Below, in pieces: positions 21,213 through 31,048 of a stretch of DNA of 64,000 bases (its first letter is position 1; each line of letters starts with the position of its first letter). Where the stretch lies: the NCBI GenBank assembly GCA_047602405.1, contig JASGHJ010000002.1:928001-992000 (forward strand). Direction: 5' to 3'. This stretch comes from Anaeromyxobacteraceae bacterium (GTDB lineage: Bacteria; Myxococcota; Myxococcia; Myxococcales; Anaeromyxobacteraceae). A model generated the notes under the pieces. It saw nothing but the letters and a program-made list of their open reading frames with translations, searched no databases and was not told where the DNA came from. Both the position numbers and the translations under genes were made by a program.

Positions 21213-22268
21213 GGCGCGCCTCGCGCCGCGGACCGGTGAAGGTCCTCATCGTCGACGACTCCGAGGCGAGCCGCTCGGCGATCGAGGCGATGCTGGCGGA
21301 GCGGCCCGGCCTCTCGGTGATCGGCCACGCGAGCGACGGCGAGGAGGCGCTCCGCGCGGCGGTGCGGCTCGCGCCCGACCTCGTGGTGCTCGACCTGCAG
21401 ATGCCGCGGATGGACGGGTTCACGTTCCTCCGGCTCCTCATGGCGCAGCGGCCGGTGCCGGTGATCGTGGTCTCGGCGCAGGCGCAGCGGCAGGACGTCT
21501 TCAAGGCGCTCGAGCTCGGGGCGCTCGACTTCGTGGCGAAGCCCGAGGCGCGCACCCCGCTCGAGGAAGATCCGCGCCGAGCTCGTCGAGAAGTGCGAGA
21601 CGCTGGGGCTCCTCACGGCGCCGCGGACCTCCGGCCGGCGCGGGGCGGCGGCGGGCCAGGGCCACCGCGCCACGGCCACGGTGGAACCGCCCCGGGTGGT
21701 CGTGGTGGGCGCCTCGACCGGCGGGCCGCAGGCGGTCCAGACGCTCCTCGAGTCCATCCCGGCGGCGGTGCCGCTCGCGATGCTCCTCGCGCAGCACATG
21801 CCCGAGAAGTTCACCGCCACGTTCGCCGACCGGCTGTCGCGCCGCTCGTCCTTCAGCGTGCGGGAGGCAGAGGACGGCGACGTGGTCGCGGTCGGGCGGG
21901 TGCTCGTCGCGCCCGGCGGCCGCCACCTCGAGCTCGCGCGCGACGCCGGCGGGGTGCTGCGCGCGGCGGTCCTCCCTGGTGAGCGCGAGCGCGGCCGCTA
22001 CTGCCCCTCGGTCGACCGCCTCTTCACCTCGGCGGCGGCGCTCCTCGGCCCTCGCGTCTGCGCGGCCGTGCTCACCGGCATGGGCAACGACGGCGAGGCG
22101 GGCGTGCGGGCGGTGCGGGCGGCCGGCGGGCTCACCCTGGCCGAGTCGGAGGCCAGCGCCGTGGTATACGGGATGCCGCTCGCCGCGGTGGAGACCGGGG
22201 CGGTGGCCGAGGTGCTCGGCCTGGAGGCCCTCGCCGCGCGCCTGGCGCGCTTCGCGCGGGGGGAGTGA
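21209..22268 (+). CDS. cheB: CheB methylesterase (receiver + esterase) with apparent +1 frameshift near 21567
   Basis: Receiver in one frame; GASTGG, QHMP, GMGNDG in the next; removing one A from GAAGATC joins them. Confidence 0.9.
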
Positions 22269-22273
22269 GACCG

Positions 22274-22663
22274 ATGGCCCGCTGGCGCGCCCTCATCGTC
22301 GACGACAGCCCCTCCATGCGGAGGCAGCTGTTCCACGCGCTCCGGCGGGTGGGCGAGCTCGACGCGGTCGAGGCGACCGACGGCGCGGACGCCTGGCGCA
22401 AGCTCGCCGGCGCCAAGTTCGACCTCGTCCTCACCGACGTCAACATGCCCATCCTCGACGGGCTGAAGCTCGTCTCGATGGTGCGCTCCGGGGGCGCCCA
22501 CCAGGACACCCCCGTCGTCGTCATCACCACCGAGGGGGCGGAGGCCGACCGGCAGCGCGCAATGCGGCTCGGCGCGACGGCCTACCTCGTGAAGCCGGTG
22601 CAGGCGCAGCAGGTCATCGAGACGGTGCGGGCGCTCCTGCCGCCCACGGGCGCCGCGCCGTGA
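22274..22663 (+). CDS. cheY: single-domain response regulator CheY
   Basis: IVDDS, TDVNMP, YLVKP. Confidence 0.9.
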   Translation: MARWRALIVDDSPSMRRQLFHALRRVGELDAVEATDGADAWRKLAGAKFDLVLTDVNMPILDGLKLVSMVRSGGAHQDTPVVVITTEGAEADRQRAMRLGATAYLVKPVQAQQVIETVRALLPPTGAAP

Positions 22664-23304
22664 GCATCCCCCTCGAGGCCATCCGCCGCGCCTACGACGC
22701 CGTCGCCCCCGGCTACGCCGAGCGGTTCCGCGACGAGCTGGATCTCAAGCCCCTCGACCGCGCCATGCTCCAGGTCTTCGCGGAGCGCGTGCGCGGCAAG
22801 GGCGTCGTCGCCGACGTCGGCGCCGGCCCGGGCCAGGTGGTGCGCCACCTCCACGGCCTCGGCGTCGAGGCGGTGGGCGTCGACCTCTCGCCCGCGATGG
22901 TCGAGGAGGCGCGCCGGCTCTCCGGCGGCGTCCCCGTGCAGTTCCGGGTCGGCAACTTCCTCGCGCTCGACGTCGCCGACGGCGCGCTCGCGGGGGCGAC
23001 CGCCTTCTACGCGCACGTGCACATCCCCGCGCACCAGCTGCACGGCGCCTTCACCGAGCTCCACCGGGTGCTGCGGCCGGGGTCGCCGGCGCTGCTCGCC
23101 TTCCACGTCGGCGACGAGAAGCTCGAGCTCACCCAGTGGTTCGACAAGGCCGTGAAGCTCGAGTTCCACTTCCACACCTGGGACGCCTTCGCCGGCGGGC
23201 TCCGCGACACCGGGTTCGCCGTGGAGGCGAAGCTCGAGCGCTACCCGTACGCGCCGCTCGAGCACCCGTCGATGCGCGGGTACGTGCTGGCGCGGCGGGA
23301 GTGA
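22660..23304 (+). CDS. class I SAM-dependent methyltransferase
   Basis: VADVGAGPG, GVDLSPAM, RVLRPG. Confidence 0.88.
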   Translation: MSIPLEAIRRAYDAVAPGYAERFRDELDLKPLDRAMLQVFAERVRGKGVVADVGAGPGQVVRHLHGLGVEAVGVDLSPAMVEEARRLSGGVPVQFRVGNFLALDVADGALAGATAFYAHVHIPAHQLHGAFTELHRVLRPGSPALLAFHVGDEKLELTQWFDKAVKLEFHFHTWDAFAGGLRDTGFAVEAKLERYPYAPLEHPSMRGYVLARRE

Positions 23305-23524
23305 GGGCGCTGCGCCCCCGGCGTCCCTCGTCACGGTGAGTGGAGGCGGCGCTCGTCGGCGTTCAGCGGGTCGATCGATGACAACCTGGCATTCCCAGGA
23401 ACGGCGGGTGGTTGAAAGAACAAATTGGCCGGTTCAGCCGGCTGAACCAGACCCCTGGGAGGTATCGCGCCCGAGGTGACCGAGCAGGCCGCGTCCTCGA
23501 GGCGGGCCCGCTCGCGAGCGGCGG

Positions 23525-23977
23525 TCACGGCTCCCACCGCATCCGCACGTCCGGCTCCCGCTCCTCGTTGCCGCTCCCGTCGGTCCGCTCCACCTCGCGG
23601 AAGCCCCGCGCGGCATAGAACGCCCGCGCGGTCGCGTTGCGCTCGAAGGTCCAGAGCTCGAGCGGCTCGCCGCGGGCGGTCGCGAGGGCGAGGAGCGCCG
23701 AGCCGACGCCGGCGCCGCGCGCGGCAGGCGCGACGTACAGGTGTTCGACCTCGCCCCCGCCGAACGCGATGAAGCCGAGCAGGGCGCCGGCGGCGTCCTC
23801 GGCGAGCCAGACCTCGCGGCGGACCGGGACCACGTGCGCGAAGAAGGCGACGGTCTCGTCGTGGCCGTGCACGGCCACGAGCCACGGCATCGCGGCGGCC
23901 CGGGAGGCCTCGAAGAGCGACGCGACGGCCGGGGCGTCGCGGGGATCGAAGCGGCGGAGCCGCGGGGTGACGCTCAC
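23525..23977 (-). CDS. GNAT acetyltransferase
   Basis: LYVAPAARGAGVGSALL, NATARAFYAARGF, GNEEREPD. Confidence 0.88.
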   Translation of the reverse strand: MSVTPRLRRFDPRDAPAVASLFEASRAAAMPWLVAVHGHDETVAFFAHVVPVRREVWLAEDAAGALLGFIAFGGGEVEHLYVAPAARGAGVGSALLALATARGEPLELWTFERNATARAFYAARGFREVERTDGSGNEEREPDVRMRWEP

Positions 23978-24354
23978 CGCAGCCCTCGCACGCCGCCCGC
24001 GTCGTCGTCGCCCTCGCCTTCCCAGACGGCGAACCGGTTCACCTGCCGCGCGAGGCTGGGCCAGTCGGGGCCGGTGCAGCGCTCGACCTCGCGCGCGAGG
24101 AGCGCCTTGATCTTCGGGAGGTCCCAGCCGAAGACGACCAGGAGCCCCCGGCCCAGCACCGCGCCGCGCCGGTGGTCGCGCTCCTTCAGCCACGCCGGCG
24201 TCGCGGCGAGCAGCCGGAACCGCTCCCGGCCGCGCTGTCCGAGCACGCCGACCTGCAGCACGAGGGGCAGGCCGAAGCGCTCGGGGTCCGGCGGGCTCCA
24301 GCCGGCGAGGTCGTCGATGCCCTCGGCCTCGAGGGTCTTCAGGCGGGCGCGCAT
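23974..24354 (-). CDS. Imm8-like immunity protein
   Basis: W-x-P-x-DPERF...ATPAWL...GRGLLVV...C-x-G-x-DW...WE pattern resembles Imm8. Confidence 0.7.
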   Translation of the reverse strand: MRARLKTLEAEGIDDLAGWSPPDPERFGLPLVLQVGVLGQRGRERFRLLAATPAWLKERDHRRGAVLGRGLLVVFGWDLPKIKALLAREVERCTGPDWPSLARQVNRFAVWEGEGDDDAGGVRGLR

Positions 24355-24493
24355 GCGGTGGAGCCGAGGTTGCCACGAAACCCGGTTGGCAGGAGCGGCC
24401 CGAGGTGGTCTGCTCCCGATTTCACCCGCCCGCCGACGCCTCGGCGAAGCAGCACGAACACCGAAGTCATCCACCCACCCGGAGGAGCTCGCC

Positions 24494-24775
24494 GTGAACC
24501 TGCGCACGCTCGCTGCACTCGCCGTCCTCGCGCTGTCGTCCCTCGCCTTCGCCGCCGAGCCGGCGGCCCCCGCCGCGGACGCCGCGAAGGAGGCGACCGC
24601 CAAGGCCGCCACCACGAAGGAGAAGGCGAAGGGCAAGGCCAAGAAGGCCGGCAACGCCGCCGTCGACAAGGCCGCCACGAAGGCCCCGGCCGCCGCCGCG
24701 GGCGCCGCGAAGGACGCCGGGCACAAGGGCGTCGAGAAGGGCGTCGACGCGGCGGCCGACAAGGTCGCGAAGTAG
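24494..24775 (+). CDS. small secreted Ala/Lys-rich protein
   Basis: GGAGGAG RBS, signal peptide ending AFA, low-complexity A/K body. Confidence 0.7.
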   Translation: MNLRTLAALAVLALSSLAFAAEPAAPAADAAKEATAKAATTKEKAKGKAKKAGNAAVDKAATKAPAAAAGAAKDAGHKGVEKGVDAAADKVAK

Positions 24776-24833
24776 GGTCGCGCAGTAAGGCGCGATGTAG
24801 GGCCGCGGGCGCGGGGCGAACCCCGCGCGGACG

Positions 24834-25235
24834 TCAGCGCCCGAGCCGCACCACCCGCACCGCGGCACCGCGCGCCCGGGCGTCGGCGACCACCTCGAGG
24901 AACGTGCGGGCCGTCTCCGGCTCCCGCTCCTCGAGGAGGTCGAGCCCCGCGAACAGGAGCGCCCGGCCGCGCGCGGGCGCGGCGGGTGGCTCCGCGAGCA
25001 CGTCGACGAGCGCGTCCCAGTTGAAGCCGAACCAGGCCGGGAACCGGCAGGCCTGGTAGAGCGCGTGCAGGAGGGTGGCCCGGTCGAACACCGGCGCCCG
25101 GTCGACGCGCACCGCCTCCCAGCGATCGGCCTCGAGGCGCGCCGCGAGCGCCGCCTCCGGGGCGGACGCGCGGACGGCGGCGTCGCCGCCCGCGCCGGTG
25201 ATCCGCGCCGCCAGCTTCTCGAGGTCGGCCTTCAT
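24834..25235 (-). CDS. barstar-family RNase inhibitor
   Basis: FPAWFGFNWDALVDVL; start overlaps the RNase stop. Confidence 0.88.
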   Translation of the reverse strand: MKADLEKLAARITGAGGDAAVRASAPEAALAARLEADRWEAVRVDRAPVFDRATLLHALYQACRFPAWFGFNWDALVDVLAEPPAAPARGRALLFAGLDLLEEREPETARTFLEVVADARARGAAVRVVRLGR

Positions 25236-25717
25236 CAGCGCACCCGCCGGAACGAGCGGTAGTGGTCGGAGGTGTAGTAGGCCTCGCCGGCGTCGCCGAG
25301 CACGAGCCGCTGCGGGCCGACCTGGCGCAGCCCGGGCGTGCGCACGACGTACTCGTGCCAGTAGCCGCGCGGCCTCGCCGGCAGCCGGCCCTCGCGGTTC
25401 TGGAAGACGGTGCCGTCGTCGCGGTGCGGGTCGCGCTCCCCGCGCTCGATGCGGGCGAGCACCGGCGTGAGGTCCACGTCGCCGCGCCAGGCCACCCGCC
25501 CGTCGAGGTCGCGGACCTCCACGTCGCGGACCAGCAGGGCCGGCGCCGCGCGCGGCGGGGCCTCCCCGCGCGGCGGCGAAGCGACCGGGGGCGTGCGCGG
25601 GGCGGGGAGGGTGGCCGGAGGCGGTGGCGCCGCGGCGGGGCGGTAGGTCGTGAGGAAGCGCCCCGCGCCGAGCGCGAGGGTGAGGACGCCGAGGAGGACG
25701 GAGACGGCGCGTTTCAT
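25235..25717 (-). CDS. exported guanyl-specific ribonuclease (barnase / RNase Sa family)
   Basis: FQNREGRLP, YWHEYVV, RLV, YYTSDHYRSF; N-terminal hydrophobic segment. Confidence 0.9.
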   Translation of the reverse strand: MKRAVSVLLGVLTLALGAGRFLTTYRPAAAPPPPATLPAPRTPPVASPPRGEAPPRAAPALLVRDVEVRDLDGRVAWRGDVDLTPVLARIERGERDPHRDDGTVFQNREGRLPARPRGYWHEYVVRTPGLRQVGPQRLVLGDAGEAYYTSDHYRSFRRVR

Positions 25718-25786
25718 GGAGCGTCCGGAAAGGAAGACGGCGGACCGGCATGATAGCCCGGCCCGCCGTCATCCGCCTTCGCTCAC

Positions 25787-27014
25787 TCAGAAGGACATCG
25801 AAGCGCCGAGGTCCACGGAGATTCTGGCTCATCTTCGTCTCGTACGCGGAGATGCCCTGGAGCGCCTGGGCGCCCGCGAGCTTCGCCTCGGGCGAGTAGA
25901 CCGCCGCGGCGTTCACGGCCACGGGGCCGACCTTCACCTGCAGGCCCGCCGTGTAGTGGTTCTCGGCGATCGCCGGGAAGGCGATGTTCTCGAACGCGCG
26001 GGACGCGTCGAGCGGCATCTTGCCGTGGTTGTAGCCGACCCGGAGCTTCACGAGCGGGAACACCGGCAGCTCGGCGCCGACCTTGAGGACCAGCTGGTCG
26101 TCCCAGCTCAGGTCGAACGGCATCCCGCCCGTCAGGTTCGGGTCGGTGGAGAACTTCGGCTGGCCCTTGCCGTTCGTCTGGCTCCAGAAGATGTACTCGA
26201 GGTCGGCGGCGACCGTGAAGCCGGGGAGCGGCCTCACCATCGCGCCGATCGTGGCGACCGCCGGCTGGTCGAAGGCCAGCTTCTCCTTGCCGCCCGGGAC
26301 CTGGAACGCGCCCTGCTGCGTCTGGAGCGTGTGCGCGGGGATGTCGAACTCGAAGTCCTTGAAGTTCGACTTCGTCTCGTAGGCGGCGCCGATCGTGACG
26401 ATCGGGAGCGGCGACCACTGCAGGCCGATCGTCGCGCCGATGCCCAGGGCGCCCGCCTGGTCGCGGGGCTGCATGCCCGACGCGCCCGCGACCGCGTACT
26501 CCATCATCGCGTAGCCCGCGTTGAGGGTGAGGCCCGCCGAGAGCCCCGCGGGCAGCTTCATCGCGACGCCCGGGGCGACCCGGAGCTGCATGTACGAGGT
26601 CTTGGTCGTCGAGCCGTAGAGATCGGCGGGGTACTCGACGCCCATGCCGGCGGCGCCCACGACGCCGACGCCGAAGGCGAGCCCGTCGCCGAGGGGCATC
26701 GAGAAGGCGATCGTCGGGATGTACGAGGCGGGGCGGGTGGACTCCTGCTCCTGGCCGCTCGCCCCGCCGCTCGCCGAGTACTTCACGGTCGGATCGAAGT
26801 AGGTGACCCCCACGTCGAGCCTGAGGCCGGTCTCGGTGAGGCCGGCGGGGTTCGTGACGACGGTGACGGCGTCGAGGGGGGCGCCGACCGAGGCGCCGCC
26901 CATCGCGTTCTGGGTGGGACCGAAGCCGATCATCCGCATGCCGTTCGTGGCCGCGGCGGGGCCGGCGGCGAGGACGAGGGCGAGGGCGACGGCGTACTTC
27001 TTCACGCTGCGCAT
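25787..27014 (-). CDS. FadL/OmpP1 outer-membrane transporter with apparent frameshift near 25822
   Basis: Signal peptide, ATNG..AMGGA..NPAGL; removing one A restores the end ISVDLGASMSF* with a terminal Phe. Confidence 0.85.
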
Positions 27015-27245
27015 GGTGTGGAACTCCGGGTTGAGGTGGACGCCGTGAGGAGAGAGCGGGGCGGCGGGATTCCGGTTCGCCCTCCGGAGCCCCGTTCGCC
27101 CCGTGGCGAACAAAGCCTCGTGGTTCCGGTATGTTGCCGTGCTGCGGTTTGGCGCCGCACACCGCCGCTCCGGGGGAGGCCGGGCGGCGGGACCAAATGG
27201 AGACGCCGCCCCGGGGCCTCCGTTAAACTCCCGCCCCTCATGTCG

Positions 27246-29744
27246 ATGAACGAACGCTACGAGCCGCAGTCGATCGAGCCCCGCTGGCAGAAGCGCTGGG
27301 AGGATGCGAAGGTCTTCGCCGCGGGCCGCCGCCCGGGCGCCGAGGAGAAGTACGTCCTCGAGATGTTCCCGTACCCGTCGGGCGCCATGCACATGGGCCA
27401 CGCCCGCGTGTACACGATCGGTGACGCCATCGCGCGCCAGCTCCGGATGCGGGGCCACGACGTGCTCCACCCGATCGGCTTCGACGCCCTGGGCCTGCCG
27501 GCCGAGAACGCCGCCATCAAGGACGGTCGCCACCCCGCCGAGCGCACCGCCGAGAACATCGTCGGCTTCCGGGCCGAGATGAAGACGCTGGGGTTCTCGT
27601 TCGACTGGGAGCGGGAGCTCGTCACCGCCGATCCCTCGTACTACCGCTGGAACCAGTGGTTCTTCCTGCGGATGCTCGAGCACGGCATCGTGTACCGCCG
27701 CGAGGGCAGGGCGAACTGGTGCACCGGCTGCAACACCGTCATCGCGAACGAGCAGGTCGTCGACGAGAAGTGCGAGCGCTGCGGCTCGCAGGTCCTCGAG
27801 AAGGTCATCCCGGAGTGGGCGTTCCGGATCACCGACTTCGCCCAGGACCTGCTCGACGGGCTCGACACGCTCACCGAGTGGCCCGAGCGCATCACCACGA
27901 TGCAGCGGAACTGGATCGGCAAGAGCGTCGGCGCGGAGGTGGACTTCGCGGTCCACGGCGGGCCGGCCATCAAGGTCTTCACCACCCGCGTCGACACCAT
28001 CTTCGGCTGCACCTACGTCGTGCTCGCCCCCGAGCACCCGCTCACCGAGCAGATCACGAAGCCCGAGCGCCTCGCCGAGGTGCGCGCCTTCGTGAAGAAG
28101 ATGAAGGACACTGACGCCGAGGCGCGCACGGGCGAGGGGGCGCCGAAGGAGGGCGTCTTCACCGGCGCCATGGCGCTCAACCCGTTCACCGGCGAGCGCG
28201 TCCCGGTCTGGATCGCGAACTTCGTGCTCGCCGGCTACGGCACCGGCGCCGTCATGAGCGTGCCGGCGCACGACCAGCGCGACTTCGAGTTCGCGAAGAA
28301 GTACCAGCTCCCCATCCGGACGGTGATCCAGCCTCCGAAGGGCGACCGGCTCCCGCCCGGCGACGCGCTCGAGAAGGCCTTCACCGAGGACGGCGTCCTC
28401 GACGGCTCGGGCCTGTTCAACGGCGTGGCCTCCGAGGAGGCCCGCCGCGACCTCTCCGAGCACGCCCGCGCGAAGGGCTTCGGCGGGCCGACCGTCCGCT
28501 GGCACCTGCGCGACTGGGGCTTCTCCCGCCAGCGCTACTGGGGCACGCCCATCCCGGTCGTCTACTGCCCGGAGCACGGTGCGGTCGGCGTGCCGGACGA
28601 CCAGCTGCCCGTGGTGCTGCCGAAGGAGGCCATCATCACCGGCACCGGCGAGCCGCCGCTCGCGAAGGTCCCGGCGTTCGTGAACACGACCTGCCCGAGG
28701 TGCGGCAAGCCCGCCCGCCGGGAGGTCGAGACGATGGACACGTTCGTCGACTCGTCCTGGTACTACGCCCGCTACCTCTCGCCGAAGGACGCGACCCGGC
28801 CCTTCGACCCCGAGGCCGCCCGCCGCTGGCTCCCCGTCGACGTCTACGTCGGCGGCCCCGAGCACGCGGTGATGCACCTGCTCTACTTCCGGTTCTGGCA
28901 CCGCGTCATGAAGAAGCTCGGCCTCGTGTTCGAGGACGAGCCGGTGAAGCGGCTCGTGACCCAGGGCATCGTGAACGGCCCCGACGGCCGCAAGATGTCG
29001 AAGCGCTGGGGCAACGTGGTCGCGCCGGGCCCGATCGTGAAGCGCTTCGGGGCCGACACGGTCCGCATGTTCATGCTCTTCGCGGCGCCGCCCGAGAAGG
29101 ACATCGACTGGTCCGACGAGCAGGTCGACGGCCTGTTCCGGTTCCTCGCCCGCGTGTGGCGCCACTTCCACGCCCGACAGGACTGCTTCGGCGCGCCGGA
29201 GGCCGCGCTCGCCCAGGCGGCGGGGCCGTTCCTGGAGCTGCGCCGCAAGACGCACCGGACGCTCAAGCGCTGCACCGAGGCGTTCGGCACCGGCTCCGCC
29301 GGCGAGCTCAAGTTCAACACCGGCATCGCGGCGCTCATGGAGCTCGTGAACGAGCTCTACGCGCTCGAGCCGAAGTCCGACCCCGACCGCGCCGCGGTGC
29401 GGGAGGCGCTCGTGCTGCTCGCGACGATGCTCAACCCGTTCGCGCCGCACGTCGCCGAGGAGCTCTGGCACGAGCTCCTGGGCCCGGCGGCCCGCGATCG
29501 GCTGCTCGCCGAGGAGCCGTGGCCGGCGTTCGACCCGGCGCTCGTGGTCGCCGACACCGTCACCATCGCGGTGCAGGTGAACGGCAAGCTGCGCGGCGAG
29601 GTGCAGGCCGGCGCCGCCGCGCCCGAGGCCGACGTCCGCGCGCTCGCCGAGGCCGACGAGCGGGTGAAGCCGCACCTCGCCGGGAAGACCGTCCGGAAGG
29701 TCGTCTTCGTGCCGAAGCGGCTCATCAACTTCGTGGTGGGGTAG
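27246..29744 (+). CDS. leuS: leucine--tRNA ligase
   Basis: MFPYPSG-HMGH, GTGAVMSVPAHDQRD editing domain, SRQRYWG, KMSKR. Confidence 0.98.
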   Translation: MNERYEPQSIEPRWQKRWEDAKVFAAGRRPGAEEKYVLEMFPYPSGAMHMGHARVYTIGDAIARQLRMRGHDVLHPIGFDALGLPAENAAIKDGRHPAERTAENIVGFRAEMKTLGFSFDWERELVTADPSYYRWNQWFFLRMLEHGIVYRREGRANWCTGCNTVIANEQVVDEKCERCGSQVLEKVIPEWAFRITDFAQDLLDGLDTLTEWPERITTMQRNWIGKSVGAEVDFAVHGGPAIKVFTTRVDTIFGCTYVVLAPEHPLTEQITKPERLAEVRAFVKKMKDTDAEARTGEGAPKEGVFTGAMALNPFTGERVPVWIANFVLAGYGTGAVMSVPAHDQRDFEFAKKYQLPIRTVIQPPKGDRLPPGDALEKAFTEDGVLDGSGLFNGVASEEARRDLSEHARAKGFGGPTVRWHLRDWGFSRQRYWGTPIPVVYCPEHGAVGVPDDQLPVVLPKEAIITGTGEPPLAKVPAFVNTTCPRCGKPARREVETMDTFVDSSWYYARYLSPKDATRPFDPEAARRWLPVDVYVGGPEHAVMHLLYFRFWHRVMKKLGLVFEDEPVKRLVTQGIVNGPDGRKMSKRWGNVVAPGPIVKRFGADTVRMFMLFAAPPEKDIDWSDEQVDGLFRFLARVWRHFHARQDCFGAPEAALAQAAGPFLELRRKTHRTLKRCTEAFGTGSAGELKFNTGIAALMELVNELYALEPKSDPDRAAVREALVLLATMLNPFAPHVAEELWHELLGPAARDRLLAEEPWPAFDPALVVADTVTIAVQVNGKLRGEVQAGAAAPEADVRALAEADERVKPHLAGKTVRKVVFVPKRLINFVVG

Positions 29745-29748
29745 GGGC

Positions 29749-30225
29749 GTGACCGACGCGCCCCGCCTCGCCGCGGCCCTCTGCGCCGCCGCGCTCGCGG
29801 CCGCGGGCTGCGGCTACGCCCTCTCCACGCGCTGGGTGGGGCGGGGCGGGGTCGAGCGGGTCGAGGTGGCCGAGCTCGAGAACCGGTCGACCGAGCCCGG
29901 GCTCGGGGCGGCGCTGACCGGGGCGCTCCGGACCGGGTTCGCGCGCCGCGGCGCGGCCGGCCCGGGCGACGCCCGGCTCACCGGAGAGCTTCGATCCGGG
30001 GCGCCGGTGCCCTCGTCCACCGACGCCTTCTCGTGGCGGATCGCGGTCGAGGCGCGCGTGAGGCTCACGCGCGGCGCCGAGGTGCTCGCGGAGCAGACCT
30101 TCCGCCGCGAGGCCGACTACGTCTCGGGCAGCGATCCGGTGGAGGCGGAGGGCAGGCGGACGCTCGCCCTGCGCCGGCTCGCGGACGAGCTGGCGGGCGA
30201 GATCCTGGCGGCGCTGGAGAGATGA
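29749..30225 (+). CDS. lptE: LPS assembly lipoprotein LptE-like
   Basis: Lipobox AAGCGY, ENRSTEPGL; directly after leuS. Confidence 0.75.
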   Translation: MTDAPRLAAALCAAALAAAGCGYALSTRWVGRGGVERVEVAELENRSTEPGLGAALTGALRTGFARRGAAGPGDARLTGELRSGAPVPSSTDAFSWRIAVEARVRLTRGAEVLAEQTFRREADYVSGSDPVEAEGRRTLALRRLADELAGEILAALER

Positions 30226-30232
30226 GCGCGAA

Positions 30233-30252
30233 GGGCCCGCGAAGGCGGGCCC
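30233..30252. terminator. hairpin between convergent lptE and rpsT
   Basis: GGGCCCGC-GAAG-GCGGGCCC. Confidence 0.6.
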
Positions 30253-30296
30253 GAAGTCCCGGGTGCAGGGCCGCGAAGCGGCCCGGAGACGAGGGA

Positions 30297-30560
30297 CTAC
30301 TTCAGCGCGGCGACGGCCTTCGCCAGCCGGCCGATGCGGCGGGCCGCGGCGTTCTTGTGCAGCACGCCCTTCGAGGAGGCCTTCGAGAGCTCGGCGACGG
30401 CGGCGGGGAGGGCAGCCTTGGCCGCGGCCGAGTCGCCCTTCGCGGCGAGATCGCGGACCTTCTTCACGGCGCTCTTCACGCGCGTGCGGACCTGGACGTT
30501 GCGCGCGCGACGCTTCTGCGCCTGCCGGTTCCGCTTCTCCGCCGAGACCATGTTCGCCAA
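30297..30560 (-). CDS. rpsT: 30S ribosomal protein S20
   Basis: MAN..SAEKRNRQ..KRRARN, KGVLHKNAAARR. Confidence 0.97.
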   Translation of the reverse strand: MANMVSAEKRNRQAQKRRARNVQVRTRVKSAVKKVRDLAAKGDSAAAKAALPAAVAELSKASSKGVLHKNAAARRIGRLAKAVAALK

Positions 30561-30801
30561 GGGATCACTCTCCTCGCGCGCGGCCTGCCGCGCGCGCCTG
30601 CACGAAAGCTGTTGAGGGCGCGCTAATTACCTGTGAATGCGGGGGACGTCAAGCGCCGGGGGCCCGCGCGGGGCGGGGGAGGTCGGACGTCCGGGAGAGC
30701 AATGTGCGACGCCTTGCCGCAGCGGATCTACCTCGGGTCCGCGGCGCGGCCACAGCAATGCGCGGGCCGAAACCCGGAGGACACTCCAAGGAAGGACGTA
30801 G

Positions 30802-31015
30802 TTATCCACTCCACGCAGAACCCCCTCCTTCCGACCCCCCGGACCCGCCCTTCCGCACGCCCTCCGCGGGGCCTACAACGCCTCAAGCCATGGAAAAAAC
30901 TGGGCATTACGAGGCTCGGGGCCCTGCGGGACCGGTGTCGGCTCGGTGAAATCCCGAGGGCGGTCCGGGTTCCAGCCAGACTTATCCACGTACTTCCCAC
31001 ATGGCGTGTGGAGAG
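30802..31015. promoter_or_regulatory. DnaA-box-like cluster
   Basis: TTATCCACT (30802-30810), TTATCCACG (30982-30990), weaker CTTCCCACA (30993-31001) and TGTGGAGAG (31007-31015). Confidence 0.45.
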
Positions 31016-31048
31016 CCGTCCGCCGGCCGGCCCGCGTCGGATTTTTCC

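Noticed and set aside
25720..25745. GTCCGGAAAGGAAG resembling the SRP RNA core
   Set aside because: Lacks the flanking CAGG/AGCA pairing and long stem; lies in a short RNase leader
24834..29675. Very long alternative-frame ORFs (e.g. 1613 aa here, 1201 aa at 13040-16645, 1227 aa at 39071-42754)
   Set aside because: Stop-poor shadow frames of high-GC genes; the 1613-aa ORF merely chains antisense leuS, fadL-like and barstar
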